64,000 bases of DNA from Malacoraja senta (Eukaryota): contig JAXLNO010000174.1 in the NCBI GenBank assembly GCA_038087875.1, positions 1-64,000 on the forward strand, written 5' to 3'. The notes under the pieces are model-generated. The model did not search any database. It worked only from the letters and a program-made list of their open reading frames with translations, and was not told the DNA's origin. Below, in pieces: positions 23,640-36,955 of this stretch (the first letter of the stretch is position 1; each line of letters begins with the position of its first letter). The position numbers were made by a program, and so were the translations under genes.

Positions 23640-25397
23640 CTCTCCTAGTGGCGGCATGCTGTAACGTTGTAACTTCGTTTTGGTCACTTAACTTCTTGCT
23701 TACCACTCTTTCAATGTTACTTGTTATTACTTGATTTCAAGACACGGTCTAACCATTTTTCAAGTGTTGATAACACTTTTATACGCTTGAATCGTGTAAA
23801 GGATGGAAACAAGAGCAAAAACAGCTTTTCCAAGGAAGGAACGCGAGGAAGGCACAGATTATGACTGGTATCTTAGAAGCAATATCGAAAATGAACGGAG
23901 AAATGAACACAAGATTCTGCAGTTTGGAAGAAATGATGAAAGGAATTTCGAACAAATTGAATGAAGTTCAAGACAAGCTAATTATCTTACAAGACGAATC
24001 TCGTGAACAGAAGGAACAAATTGATAACTTGCGAACCTTGGGTCATGAAAGAGTTTTGAAGATTGAAATACTGGAACGGAAAATGAACGAAAATACTCGG
24101 GCACTCGAGCAATACGACTCAAATATGTATCTGGAAAACTGAAGCCGTCGACTGAATCTGCGAATTGTTGGTTTGCCTGAAGGTCAAGAAGATGATAATG
24201 TTATAAAATATGCCTCTAAAATGCTAAAAGAGACTTTCAACATCGAGCACTATGAAAATCTTTAAATTGTGTATATCCACTCAGGATCCGGAAGAAACCT
24301 GGTCTCCAAGATGAACCGAAACATTTGATAGTTCGGTTTCACTTTCTGCAGAAGAAGGAGAATATCCTCAAAGCAGCAAAAACGTTGGGCATGGTTGAAT
24401 ATGAAGGATGCAAGTTTCGGTTTGTCCCTGATTACAGCCGTGAGCTTATGGGATTCAGAATGCCTTTCCGTAATATAATGACTGAATTGTTTAAGAAACA
24501 GCTGCGCCCTGCCTTGCACTATACGACTCCTTAATGGTGACAACCGATTTTTTAACAATCCGCAAGAAGTTCCAGCTTTCTGGAGGGTTATGGGTCTGAA
24601 GCCACGAAGGGGAGATATTGATAGCCGACTAAGTTACAATTGGAGATTTATTGTTCCTATTTTGACAATATATCGTTCTGTAAATGATTAAGAATGTAAT
24701 TGGATGAGTTATTCTCCAATTAGTTTTTAGCATTTCAGTATGTTGGTATCAAACCATAACGTTTCCGTTCTCTAAGTACTGTTGATTTAATGTAATGGTA
24801 TTACATTTTAACTTTTAACATCTGCTTTGTAAGATCTTCTTCGTTCAAAATGTACATGGAAGGATTTTTTTCCCTGTCTTTAGACAAACACAGTGAAGCG
24901 GTTCTTGTTTTTTATAATTTGCACGTATTTTGACCTTGGATAAACAATATGAAGTACCTCTTGTTTTTCACAGTTAGCATGTACTTTTTATTAAATAACA
25001 TTAATTTGTTTGGGCTATTGAGTGGTAAATAAGCCTTATTTATACGTTGGGAGCTGTCATTAAGAGAGATGGGGGTAGGGGATGGATTAGGTAGCGGACT
25101 GACTGCCTACTGGTCAGTTTCGTACTTTGCATATGTGACTTTTGCTTTAAGTTTATTTTTTTTAAATCTGGGCAGAATTTGAAGTAAAAAATGTCTGAAA
25201 TGTCGTCACTTCTGGCTCCGCCTTAGATTATTCTCCATCCAGTATCATGAACTGCTATGGCCTACGAAATTAACCATTTACGTTCCACATGATTATTACA
25301 AACAATATGGATACATTTATTAACTTCCTTTCATGGAATGTGAATGGTCTGAACCAGCCCATTAAGTGAAACAAATGTTTTAAAGTTCTTCATAGAC
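23640..25397 (+). mobile_element. L1/Tx1-type LINE: ORF1 and start of ORF2 (resumes at 30533-30790)
   Basis: Coiled-coil ORF1 with SRRLNLRIVGLPEG and IVRFHFLQKKENIL; ORF2 start MDTFINFLSWNVNGLNQPIK. Continues after the CR1 as LNAEIIFVQETH...VNVYVPN. Confidence 0.8.
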
Positions 25398-28300
25398 CCA
25401 AAACAGCAACGTCCATTCAAGTTTCATATAAGTGAGGAAGCCGCTGATTGGTGGAAGAGGACTAAGAAGAAGCAGCTGATTGGGAGTCAGATCCCTGCTG
25501 ATTTCCTCCACCAGGTTGTATTGTATCCAGTGTAAGGGGGGAGAATGAGGTCCAGGGCAGTTTACTGTTCTGGATGTCAGATGAGGGAGGTCATGGAGTC
25601 TGACACCCCTCCAGACTTCCACATCTGTGCCAGGTGCGTCGAGATGGGATTCCTAAGGGACAGTGTTAGGAACCTGGAGCAGCAGCTCCATGACCTCTGT
25701 CTGATCAGGGAGAGTGAGGAGGTCATCGAAATGAGTTGTAGGGAGGTGGCCACTCCAAGACCACGGGGAGGCAGACAAGCGGGTCACGGTTAGGAAGGGC
25801 AAAGGGCAGAGGCAGGGACTAGTGAGTACCCCGTTGGCTGTACACCTTGAAAATAAATAAATAAATACTCCTGTTTGAGTACTGTTGGGGGGAAACAGCC
25901 TTCCTGGGGGTAGCGACAGCGGCCGGGCATCCGGCACAGAGACCGGCCCTATTGCTCAGAAGGGTAGGGAAAAGAAGAGGAGGGCAATAGTAATAGGGGA
26001 CTCTATGGTTAGGGGGTCGGATAGGCGGTTCTGTGGACGCAGTCAGGAGACCCGGATGGTAGTTTTCCTCCCTGGTGCCACGGTCAGGGATATGTCTGAA
26101 CGCGTCCAAGATATCATGAAATCGGGGGGAGAGGAGCCTGAGGTTGTGGTGCATATAGGTACCAATGGCATAGGCAGAAAAAAGAGAAGAGGTCCTGAAA
26201 GGAGAATTTAGGGATTTGGGAGGAGAGTTAAGGAGAAGGACCGCAAAGGTAACAATTATAGGATTAGTACCGTGCCACGCGACAGTGAGAATAGTAAGGG
26301 AATGAGGTGGAGGGTAAATGCGTGGCTGAGGAACTGGTGCAGAGGGCAGCGATTCAAATTGCTGGATCATTGGGACCTCTTTTGGAGAAGGAGTGACCTG
26401 TACATAAAGGACGGGTTGCACTTGAACCCAAGGAGAACCAATATCCTGGTGGGGAGATTTGCAAAGGCTACTGGGGAGACTTAAACTAGAACGGTTAGGG
26501 GGAGGGACTCAAATAGAGAAAGCTAGTCGAAAATATGGGAGGCAGGAGGCAGAGAAGGGAAGCACTCGGACTCAAAATGTAGTGGAGAAAGAAGAAAAAG
26601 ATAATAAACAGAGAATAAGTGGTGGTGGGTTTCTTAAATATATATATATTTTAATGCTAGGAGCATTGTAAGAAAGGTGGATGAGCTTAGAGACTGGATT
26701 GACACATGGAAGTATGGTGTTGTGGCGATCAGTGAAACATGGTTGCAGGAGGGCTGTGATTGGAAACTAAATATTCCAGGATTTCGTTGCTTCAGGGGTT
26801 ATAGAATTGGAGGGGCAAGAGGTGGGGGTGTTGCATTGCTTGTCAAGGAAGATATTACAGCAGTGCTTTGGCAGGATAGATTAGAGGGCTCGTCTAGGGA
26901 GGCTATTTGTGTGGAACTGAGAAATGGGAAAGGTGTAGCAACACTTATAGGGGTCTATTATAGACCGCCAAATGGGGAGCGAGAATTGGAAGAGCAAATA
27001 TGTAAGGAGATATCAGATATTAGTAGTAAGCACAGGGTAATGGTTGTGGGAAATTTCAATTTTCCACACATAGACTGGGAAACACATTCTGTAAAATGGC
27101 TGGATTGTTTGGAGTTTGTAAAATGTGTGCAGGATAGTTTTTGCAGCAATACATAGAGGTGCCTACTAGAGAAGGGGCAGTGCTGGACCTCCTGTTAGGA
27201 AATGAGACAGGGCAGGTGGCGGAGGTATGAGATGGGGAGCACTTCGGGTCCAGTGATCACAATACCATTAGTTTCAATATAATTATGGAGAGGGTCAGAA
27301 CTGGACCTAGGGTTGAGATTTTAGATTGGAGAAAGGCTAACTTTGAGGAGATGCGAAAGGTTTTAAAATGAGTGAATTGGGACATGTTGTTTTATGGGAA
27401 GGGTGTAGAAGAGAAATGGAGGACATGTAAAGGTGACATTTGAAGAGTACAGAATCTTTATGTCCCTGTTCGGTTGAAAGGAAATATTAATAATTGGAAA
27501 GAGCCATGGTTTTCAAGGGAAATTGGACACTTGGTAGGAAAAAGAGAGAGATCTACAATAATTATAGGCAGCATGGAGTAAATGAGGAGCTTGAGGAGTA
27601 TAAAGAATGTAAAAAGAATATTAAGAAATAACTTAGAAAAGCTAAAAGAAGATACGAGTTTGCTTTGGCAAGTAAGGTGAAAGTAAATCCAAATGGTTTC
27701 TACAGCTATATTGATAGCAAAAGGATAACAAGGAATAAAATTGGTCCATTAGAGAGTCAGAGTGGACAGCTCTCTGCAGAACCAAAAGAGATGGGGGAGA
27801 TATTGAACAATTTATTTTCTTCGGTATTCACCAAGGAGAATGATTTGGAATTATGTGAGGTAAGGGAAACAAACAAGGAGGTGCGGACACTTTTGAAAAA
27901 AATGAAAACGGATAAGTCTCCAGGTCCTGACAGGATATTCCCTAGGACATTGATGGACGTTAGTGTAGAAATAGCAGGGCCTATGACAGGAATATTTCAA
28001 ATGTCATTAGAAACGGGAGTAGTGCCGGAGGATTGGCGTACTACGCATGTTGTTCCGTTGTGTAAAAAGGGTTCTAAGAGTAAATCTAGCAATTAAAGAC
28101 CTGTTAGGTTGACGTCAGTGTTGGGCAAATTAATGGAACGGATACTTACAGATAATAATATAAGCATCTGGATAAGCAGGGTCTGATTAGGAAATGTCAA
28201 CATGGAATTGTCCCTGGAAGGTCATGTTTGACTAATCTTCTTGAATTTTTCGAAGAGATTACTAGGCAAATTGATGAGGGTAAAACAGTGGATGTTGTCT

Positions 28301-30533
28301 ATATGGCCTTTGACAAGGTTCCTCATGGAAGGTTGGTTAAGAAGATTCAACTGTTGGGTATTAATGGTGGAGTAGCAAGATGGATTCAACAGTGCCAGAG
28401 TGTAATGGTGGATGTCTGTTTGTCAGGTTGGAGGCCGGTGACTAGTGTGGTGCCTCAGGGGTCTGTGTTGGGTCCACTGTTGTTTGTCATGTACATCAAT
28501 GATCTGGATGATGGTGTGGAAAATTGGATTAGTAAATATGCAGATTATACTAAGATAGGTGGTGTTGTGGATAATGAAGTAGATTTTCAGTCTACAGAGA
28601 GATTTAGGCCATTTGGAAGAGTGGGCTGAAAGATGGCACATGGAGTTTAATGCTGAAAAATGTGAGGTGCTACATCTCGGCAGGACAAATCAAAATAGGA
28701 CGTACATGGTAAATGGTAGCGAATTGAGGAATGCAGTTAGGAATAACTGTGCATAGTTCCCTGAAGGAGTAATCTCATGTAGATAGGGTGGTAAAGAAAG
28801 CTGTTGGTGTGCTCGCCTTTATAAATCAGAGCATTGAATATAGAAGTTGGGATGTAATGTTAAAATTGTACAAGGCATTGGTGAGGCCAATTCTGGAGTA
28901 TGGAGTACAATTCTGGTCGCCTAATTATAGGAAGGATGTCAACAAAATAGAGAGAGTACAGAGGAGATTTACTAGAATGCTGCCTGGGTGTCAGAAAATA
29001 CGTTACAGAGAAAGGTTAAACAAGTTAGGTCTTTATTCTTTGGAGCGCAGAAAGTTAAGAGGGGAAATGATAGAGGTCTTTAAAATTATGAGCGGGTTTG
29101 ACAGATTTGACGTAGATAAGCTTTTCCCATTGAGAGTAGGGAAGATTCAAACAAGGGGACATGACTTGAGAATTAAGGGAGAGATGTTTAGAGGTAACAT
29201 TAGGGGGAATTTCTTTACTCAGAGGGTGGTAGCTGTGTGGAGTGAGCTTCCAGTGGAAGTGGTGGAGGTAGGTTCGATTTTATCCTTTAAATATAGATTG
29301 GAATTTTAGGATTAACCTTTTTCCAGTTATTAACCCAGTAATCTATTAATTTCTTTTGAAACACATTTAGTTCAGGACTATCTTCCGTTGTTCCGAAGAT
29401 AATCCATTCTGCTTTTGGTATCAGTTTTATTTTAAATAATTTTGTAAAGATTTAAAAAATTTCAATCCAAAGTTTTTGAATTTTTGTACAAAAAACAAAT
29501 GAATGCACTATAGTAGCTTATTGAGATTGACATTTATCACAATTGGATGATACATTGGGGAACATTTATTAATTTTAGTTTTTGAATAATATAATCTATG
29601 TAAAATTTTAAATTGTATAAAAATGTGTCTTACATTAATCGAACATTTATGCACGTTTAATAAATGTTGATTCCTACTTTCCTTTGAGATTTTAATAGCT
29701 AATTCCTGTTCCCAGTCTCTTCTAATACATTCCGTAGATGGTATTTCTACATTTAAGATAATATTATACAAATATGATATTAAGTTTGCTGATTCAGCTT
29801 TTATCTGTATTGCTCCAGTACCAACTATAAACATGTGGATTTCAAATATGTTTCAAACATTACACCTAGAAGAGATAAGACTCCTCAGGGCAGGTAAACC
29901 AGATCATTTCCACCTGACGTGGTCTGCATTTATAGAATTATTACAAGTATAGGGTTCAAAAGTACTTAAAAAAAACTGAGCTCAGGTAAAGGGGGATGAA
30001 AACTGGAGAGTTGGTATATCCCATTTGCGTGATGCTTATAACAAAGTGTTTGTTTTTCTCTTTTTTCCTCTTTCTCTTTTTTTTCTCCTTTAGGGTCTAC
30101 CTCTTAATCTTTTCTTTTTAATTTATTTTATATAGGGTCTCTGTTCTTTCTTCTTGTCACGTTTTTACACCTTCACTATTTCCCTTCACTTTCTCTTTTT
30201 TCTTAATCTCAACCGTTCCTTTTTATCAGTGTAAAAAATGACGGAGTACATTAATTGTAACAAGATATACGTGATGAGTACTAATGTAATTGGTTGTCAT
30301 GTAATGTACTTCTAATAAATACAAACTAAAAAAAATAATAAAAATAGATTGTACGGGAAAGGAATGGAGTGTTATGGTCTGAGTGCATGTAGATGGGAAT
30401 AGGGGTGGTAATAAAAAAAAGTAAAAAAAATAAATAAAGTGATTTTTTTTTTAAAGTGTTCGGCACGGACTTGAAGGGCCGAGATGGCCTGTTTCCGTGC
30501 TGTAATGGTTATATGGTTATATGGTTATATGGT
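25398..30533 (+). mobile_element. Near full-length CR1 LINE (ORF1 Zn-finger + SGNH esterase; ORF2 APE + RT), degraded
   Basis: ORF1 CSGC...CARC, VIGDSMVR, VHIGTN, DGLHLN; ORF2 of the same subfamily as 3985-7045; (ATGGTTAT)n tail at about 30505-30533. Interrupted by an L1 at 29301-30343. Confidence 0.92.
29301..30343. mobile_element. 5'-inverted L1 insertion (same family as 51856-58975)
   Basis: 29301-29811 is antisense to about 57912-58422; 29812-30343 is sense to 58432 onward with an A-rich tail. TSD atagattg at 29293-29300 and 30344-30351. Confidence 0.88.
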
Positions 30534-30782
30534 TAAATGCTGAGATTATCTTCGTTCAGGAAACTCATGTAAGGAAAGACGACAAGCAACGAGTCTTTAT
30601 GTTTTGGAGATTTCAGCAGTTTCATTCAAATTCACAGGCAATGGTGAAAGGAGTCTCAATTTCGTTTGTTCATTATGAAACAATTTCTGATCTATATGGT
30701 AGATTTTTTATGATCACTGGTGTTCTTCATAACCAAAAAGTTGTTATGGTGAATGTTTATGTACCTAATATTGATCACCCTA

Positions 30783-31925
30783 ATTTTTTTTTCACTTAAA
30801 TTATTATAGATTTTTCAGATATATACAACACCATGACGATATATAAAACAAATTAAGAAAAACAAATTAAAATTAAAAAAAATAAGTGGATAGAGTGAAA
30901 AAAAGAAGTAAATATATCAAACAAATTGTAATAAGACCGTGTGGTTCACTTACCAAATTAAAAAAAAACATTACATTGATTAGTTATCTGTGGATAATTC
31001 AATATTCACACAAACATACATACTAGTATGTAAACGGTAGTAAATGGTAGAGAGAGAAAAAAACAGAAGGAAAAAGAAGTAGAGAGAAAAAAGGAAGGAA
31101 ATAAAAAGAGAGAGATTAAGAGAGATATACCTATTTAAGACCTTTACCCACCCCTTACCCGGTTCTGAAACATTTAATTTCTACGATTGTGTTGCACCAT
31201 ATGCTTGTAAAAAGTCGATAATGGGAGACCAAATCATTAAGAATTGGTCTGCTTTACCTGCTAGGAGGAATCTCATTTCTTCAAGATGTAACATTTCCGA
31301 CATATTTGAAATCCACATTTTAAGCGTTGGTGTAGATGCATTTTTCCAAAATTTAAGTCTTTTTTTGCCGTTATTAAGCTATAATTAAAGAGAGATTTTT
31401 GAAACGTAGTTAGCTCACATCCGTCTTCCATTGTTCCGAAGACAATCAGTTCTTTGTTGGGATTCATTTTTATATTTGAATAGTTTTGTAAAAATTCCAA
31501 AAATGTCATTCCAGAATTTATAAAGTTTTGTGCAGGAGACAAAAGAGTGTGTTATAGTGTCATTTTGAGATAAACATTTGAGATAAACATTTGTCACAAA
31601 TGGAGGAGACATTTAAAACATTTTCGAGTCTAATTTTCGAGTAATATAATCTATGTATAATTTTTAAATTGCATTAAGTTATGCCTTACATTAATCGAAG
31701 ATTTGTGTACATATAGCAAGTATTTTTCCCGTCTATCGGAATTTGTATCAATAATTCTCGTTCCCAATCCAATCTAATTAATTCAGTCGATGGTATTTCT
31801 ATATTTAAAATGGTATTATATAAAAATGATATTAAATTGCTTGATTCTGCCTTTCTGTTCATTCCTTCGTCTAATAAGTCTGAAGTCAGAGTTTGATATC
31901 CTTGCATATGTTTTTTCAAATAATC
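30783..31925 (-). mobile_element. L1/Tx1-type 3' fragment
   Basis: NRKAESSNLISFLYNTILNIEIPST and TITHSFVSCTKL match the ORF2 C-terminus at 57900-58570; T-run (antisense A tail) at about 30783-30792. Confidence 0.8.
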
Positions 31926-31934
31926 TCGGATTTG

Positions 31935-33705
31935 GATTCCTCTCCAGCGCCCTCCACTCCCCCTTCACTCTCCACCTCTACCCCTCCAATCACCCCCCCT
32001 CTCCTCTCCTCCATCCCCTCCTGTTCTCTCCCTCCACCTCTCCAACTCCTCATCCCTCTCCCCTCCACCTCTCCCCTCCTCTTCTATACCTCCTCCAACC
32101 CCCTCTTCTCTCCCCCTCCCAAATCCTCCAACCCCCTCACTCACACCCTCCTCTCTCTCCACCCCTCCCACCCCCTCTCCCCTGTACTCTCTCTCTCCCT
32201 TCTATTCTCTCTCTTCCCCTACCTCCCTCCCTCCCCGTGCCTTTCCCCCTCTCCCCTTCTCTTTGCCCACTTCTCGCTCCCCCCTCTTTTCTCACCCTCT
32301 CCTCTCTCTCCCTCTCCTCTCACCCCATCCAATCTCTCTCCACCTCCGCCTCTCCACTTCCCCTCGCCCCCTCACCTCTACCATCCTCTTTCCTACCTCA
32401 TTTCACCCTCCTCCACCCCCTCCCCTTTAACCTCCTCCCCTCTACCCCTCTCTACATCGTATTCTCCTCCACCTCTCCAACCCCCTCTCCACCTCCACTT
32501 TCCACCTCCATCCCCCTCTCCACACTCCCCATCACCTCTCCCCCTCCTCTTCTCTCCCCAACTCCCCCCTCCACCTCTCCCCCTCCCTATCCTCTTCCCT
32601 GCACCCTCCAACTCACCCCATCCTCTTCTCCCCCCTCCAAGTCCCCCCCTCACCTCACCTCTCACCCCCTCACTCACCCCTCCTCTCTCCCCCTACCTCC
32701 CCCTCTCCCATCTACTAGCTCTCTTCCCTCTAATCTCCCTGTCTCCCCTCTACTCTCTTTCTCCCCATCCGTCCCTGCCTTCCACCCCATGCATTTCTCC
32801 CACTCCCCCTTTTCTCTCGCACTCCCCTTCTCTCTCTCCCCTTCTCTCTCCCCCCTTATCTCTCTTCCCTTCTCTCTCCCCCGCTCTCCTCCTCCTCCCA
32901 TCCCCCTCTCTCTCCCCTCCCCCCTCTCCTCTCCTTCCCCAATCACTCCCAAATCACTCCCCTTTCCTCCTCCCCCTCTTCCCACGCTCCCCTCTCCCCA
33001 CCCCGTCTCCACCTTCCTCCCTCTCCCCCCCACACTAATGTTGTCGCCTCCTGCTTGCCAGCCACCATAACGGCTGCTGCCGCCCGGCTCTGCTCCACAT
33101 ACGCCGACATTTTTCTTATTTCTCTGGCGATTTTCGGTGCTGTCGCCCGGCTCTCCTCCACTACACCCCCCCCCCGCCCCGGGCCGGATCTCTCACGCTG
33201 GCTCAAACCAACCATCGGCTCTTCCCCCGCTGCTTTTCGCCGTTCTCGGTCCCCCCTCTCCCTCCCTTCACCCCCATCTCCCCCCCACCCCTTCACCTCT
33301 CTCTTGCACCACTCCCCGCTACCCCAATCCCCCTCACTCCCGACTCTTCCCCTCTCCCTCCCCCCGCCCCCCGCCTCTCTCCCTCCCCTCCTCCCCATCC
33401 TCTCTCTCTCCCCCTCCCTTCCCCCTAACCCTCCCTCCCCTTCACCTTCATCCCCTCTGTCCCGCCCCTCTAACATCCCCTCCCCATTCACCCACCCCCT
33501 ACCCCACCACCCCATCCCGCCCTCCCCGCTCTCCCACCCCACCTCCTCCCACTCCCCATCCCCCTCCCTCTCCCCCTTCTCCCGCTACCCTCTCCTCTCC
33601 CTCCCTAATATCTCCCCTTTCCTCCTCTCCCCCTCTCCCCCACCTCAACCCACCTTCTCCTCTCCCCACCCGGTCTCCCCCCTCCCTCCCCTCTCCGTCT
33701 CCCCG
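31935..33705. repeat. About 1.8-kb C/T-rich low-complexity tract with a short complex core (33038-33250)
   Basis: Plus strand almost entirely pyrimidine; generates the spurious Pro/Ser/Leu and Gly/Glu/Arg ORFs. Confidence 0.9.
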
Positions 33706-35679
33706 TGATGACTTTTGACGCGCGGTGTTTTTTCAAGTATGGCAATATTTTTTTGTATCGTCGCTGGATTTTGAAATTTTCAAAATATATTGGCGGACAC
33801 TGATATGACACCGGCTGTCGCCGAAACAATCCTTTAAGTGAAGAGGCCGTTTACGTTTTTGTCCCTACTTTGTACTCTCAGCGCCGATTTTGAAGTAAGC
33901 TGGAAATGTTTTGTACCTCAACCCTGAAACTCTTATTTCCAATTATAATTCAGTTACTAAATTTTCAATCATCCCTCAGATACTGAATGTCCTATACCCA
34001 ATACTCTCTCGCAATATAACCTACACGATATCTTTATTCTTCGGACTGCTAACCTCAATCTCGTCGGGAACCACTCGGAGGCAGCGAATGGCCGATTCGT
34101 AATTGGAGTAACGAACGGGGAAAAACGATGTTGTAAAACCACTTACATCCGGGGCCCCAATTCTCCGTCCACGACTCCGACTCGACTCAGCTCCATGACC
34201 GCTAACTCGCGAGGGTAGTCATTTGAGATACCGGACCGAATCCTCAAATGCAAATCCCGGTTTCCTGCTCCCCTTAGTCCGTACAATGAAAACACCAACT
34301 AGAATACTGTAATGATTACTCCTAGCACCTAAGTGACCTTGCTTCCCTTTCCTGCTCTGGAGAGCTTTCCCAGCTCCAGTTCAGCAAACGGAAAACATGT
34401 GCCCTCAGACAAAGGAAAGCATATCCTTTGGCCTGACTTTTTTTGGGGTGAACTGGGGCTGGGGACTGGACATTGTGCCTTCCCCCACAGTGGAAATCAT
34501 TGTGGGGGGATGATTTTTGCATGTAATTGTTTGTAATTGTATTTGTTAGTCTGTGTTCAAGATGGCGGTCGGAGGGGAGAGTGGACGCTGGCGTTAAATT
34601 GCCGCTGCTCTCTCCTCAAATTGTGCTTCGGATTTTCTTTTTTTTGTGTTTTTGGAAGGAATTCTGTCCCTGATTTATGTATTGGTCTTTATAACCTTAT
34701 TTTTTTTTTTAATTCTGATTATATGTTTTCTATAAATCTCTGTATGGTGTCCTTGAGACCTCGGTATAAGGCGCCCGTAAATAAAATCCATTATTATTAT
34801 TATTATATGTTTATAGGGCTAATACAAGGAATGGTCACCTTTAGTGGGCGGTGACCCCATCCCACTTCAAGCCAATCACTACAGGGTAAATCAGAGTAAT
34901 AATCATCAATCAAATTATAACGTCATTAGGTAGGTGTAAACAATCTGTTTCACTGGAAATCACATGCTTAGAGGAAATAGATTCCTGACTAGTGATGGCA
35001 CAAAAACAAAAGTGAAAACACAGTATTGCTATATTTCATTCGGCCACCAGGTGCCGCACAATCTACTTGATTTTCATAGTCCCAGAATGTCCCTACCTGC
35101 ATATTCTCACCTGTGCATTTTAAACTTCCCGATCTGCTAACAATGAGGATCTTAGAAACATAGAAAATAGGTGCAGGATGAGGCCATTCTAGCCAGCACC
35201 GCCATTCATTGCGATCATGGCTGTTCTTGTTAAATAACATATTAAAATCCACATAGTTAACATCCACTACTCTATCCGCCACAATCACCTTCATCGTCTC
35301 CGCAAAACGAAACAATCCAGTGTGTAAGTCATGTCTTGCCCCGCACGAAGCCATGGTGCACATGCATGAGCCATGCATTCTTTTTAAAAGTGATTAAATA
35401 CTATCCGCAAGATTTCTTGCCAACAGCTTATTAACCACCGGCGTGATTTTCGCGAATAATAATTTCCTGCCTCATCCCCATCCCCATTTTTGAACATAGG
35501 AACCACAATGGGTACTCTGCATTCTCCGCGGCCAGGTCATGGTTCGAGAGGAGAGATACCCGAGAGAAGGGAGGGAGAGAGAGAAGAGGGGAGAGAGAAA
35601 GGGAGACGGGAGCGTGGTGTTAATTTTCACACACAAGCCATAGCTGACTGGGAAATCTGAACGCAAGCACCAATGCCAC

Positions 35680-36495
35680 TAGGGTCGCCGCATTGAAGGC
35701 AGCCTCTGCCTATAGTCTGTTCGTTTTTTCCTATCTTTTTTTATTTTTGTTTGTCTGACCAGTTTGTTTTTGGGAATTCTTTAGTTTTTTTATGTGGGGG
35801 AGGGGGGTATGGTAAGGGGGAGACCGCTTCCCAGTCGCTTCCTGGCGAGGATGCGACTATTTCTCCGAGTCGCGTCCTCGCCCCCCTCCACGCGGCCTAC
35901 CAACTGGATCGGAGCGGCCTTTCCTATTGGACACCGGGGACCGGACCAGAGCTGCGGGGGCGCGGCGCGGCGCGGCGCTGGATTCACCACGGAGCGGGCG
36001 ATGCCTACCTGGATCGCCGTTTGAAGCTCCGGAGCGTTGGGCCTGCAGCGTTGACATCGCGGAGCTGTGGGTCGTGGAGCACCCAGCGCGGGCGGCGCTG
36101 AACAACATCGGGGAGTCCATGGGGTCCTTTGCCGAGGGCCGCCTGTGTGAATCCCCGCCCGGCGCGGCCTGGGGACATCGGGAGTCGCAGACTCCGGTGG
36201 GTAGCGGCCGATTCGTAGGTCCAAGCCGCTGGGGTTGGCCTGCCGTTCCGACGTCGGACTTCCAACTTCCCGGCGAGGTTCCGGAGGCCCTGACCACGGA
36301 GAAACATCACAGGAGGAGGACTGACTTTGGTGCCTTCCCTCACAGTGGGAAACATTTGATTCTGCTGTGTGGGGATGTTTTATGTTGGACTCTATCGTGT
36401 GTTGTGTTCTTTATTTTATTGTATGGCTGTATGGTAACCACACATTTCACTGTACCAACTAGTACATGTGACAAATAAATGTATAAATGTATCTT
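35680..36495 (+). mobile_element. Unclassified GC-rich retroposon-like element related to 18218-19078
   Basis: Head gcagcctctgcctatagtctgt, T-run, G-run, CpG-rich core, gactttggtgccttccctcacagtg; tail atttcactgtacc...gtacatgtgacaaataaa. Confidence 0.6.
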
Positions 36496-36649
36496 GTAAG
36501 TTGAAAGCGGCCGAATGTGTGCAGCGCGCTGCGGGTCGGTTGGAGCGGAGAATTGGGACAATGTTCGTGCCTTCACAATGATGTGATCGACGCGGTGGTC
36601 TGGACCATTCGCTGACAAGTCCAGCCCACCGGCAATGTCATGTCCGTTA

Positions 36650-36955
36650 ATGGACTTTTCTGTTGAGCGGCTGTCGGTCTTTGACTTGTAGGCGGCGCCA
36701 TCTTTCGGGTAGGTGGCGTTTCGACAGGGCGGCCATTCGGTAAGTTTGCTTTTAGGCGACGCAGCTTTTCGGTTCGTTGTCTTTTTAGGCGTCCCGCCAT
36801 TTCGGTTAGTTTGCAGTTAGACGTCCCATCCTTTCGGTTAGTAGGCGTTTCGTCTTCTGACTCTTTCGGTTTATTGACGTTTCGGCCTCGTTTCCATTCG
36901 GTTCTTTGGCTTCGACTTGTTTGCTTCGACTTCTTTTCTGTCGGCGCTACGCCCG
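36650..36955 (-). repeat. Degenerate array with about 15-bp periodicity (YCGAA/CCTAA core)
   Basis: Minus strand agtcgaagcaaaca agtcgaagccaaaga accgaatggaaacga ggccgaaacg... aaccgaaa, repeated through the interval. Confidence 0.6.

Noticed and set aside
31790..33718. Long Pro/Ser/Leu-rich and Gly/Glu/Arg-rich ORFs
   Set aside because: Artefacts of low-complexity C/T sequence that lacks stop codons in several frames.
36650..36955. CRISPR-like repeat-spacer array
   Set aside because: The core is only 4-5 bp with about 10-bp spacers, the context is vertebrate, and there are no cas genes.
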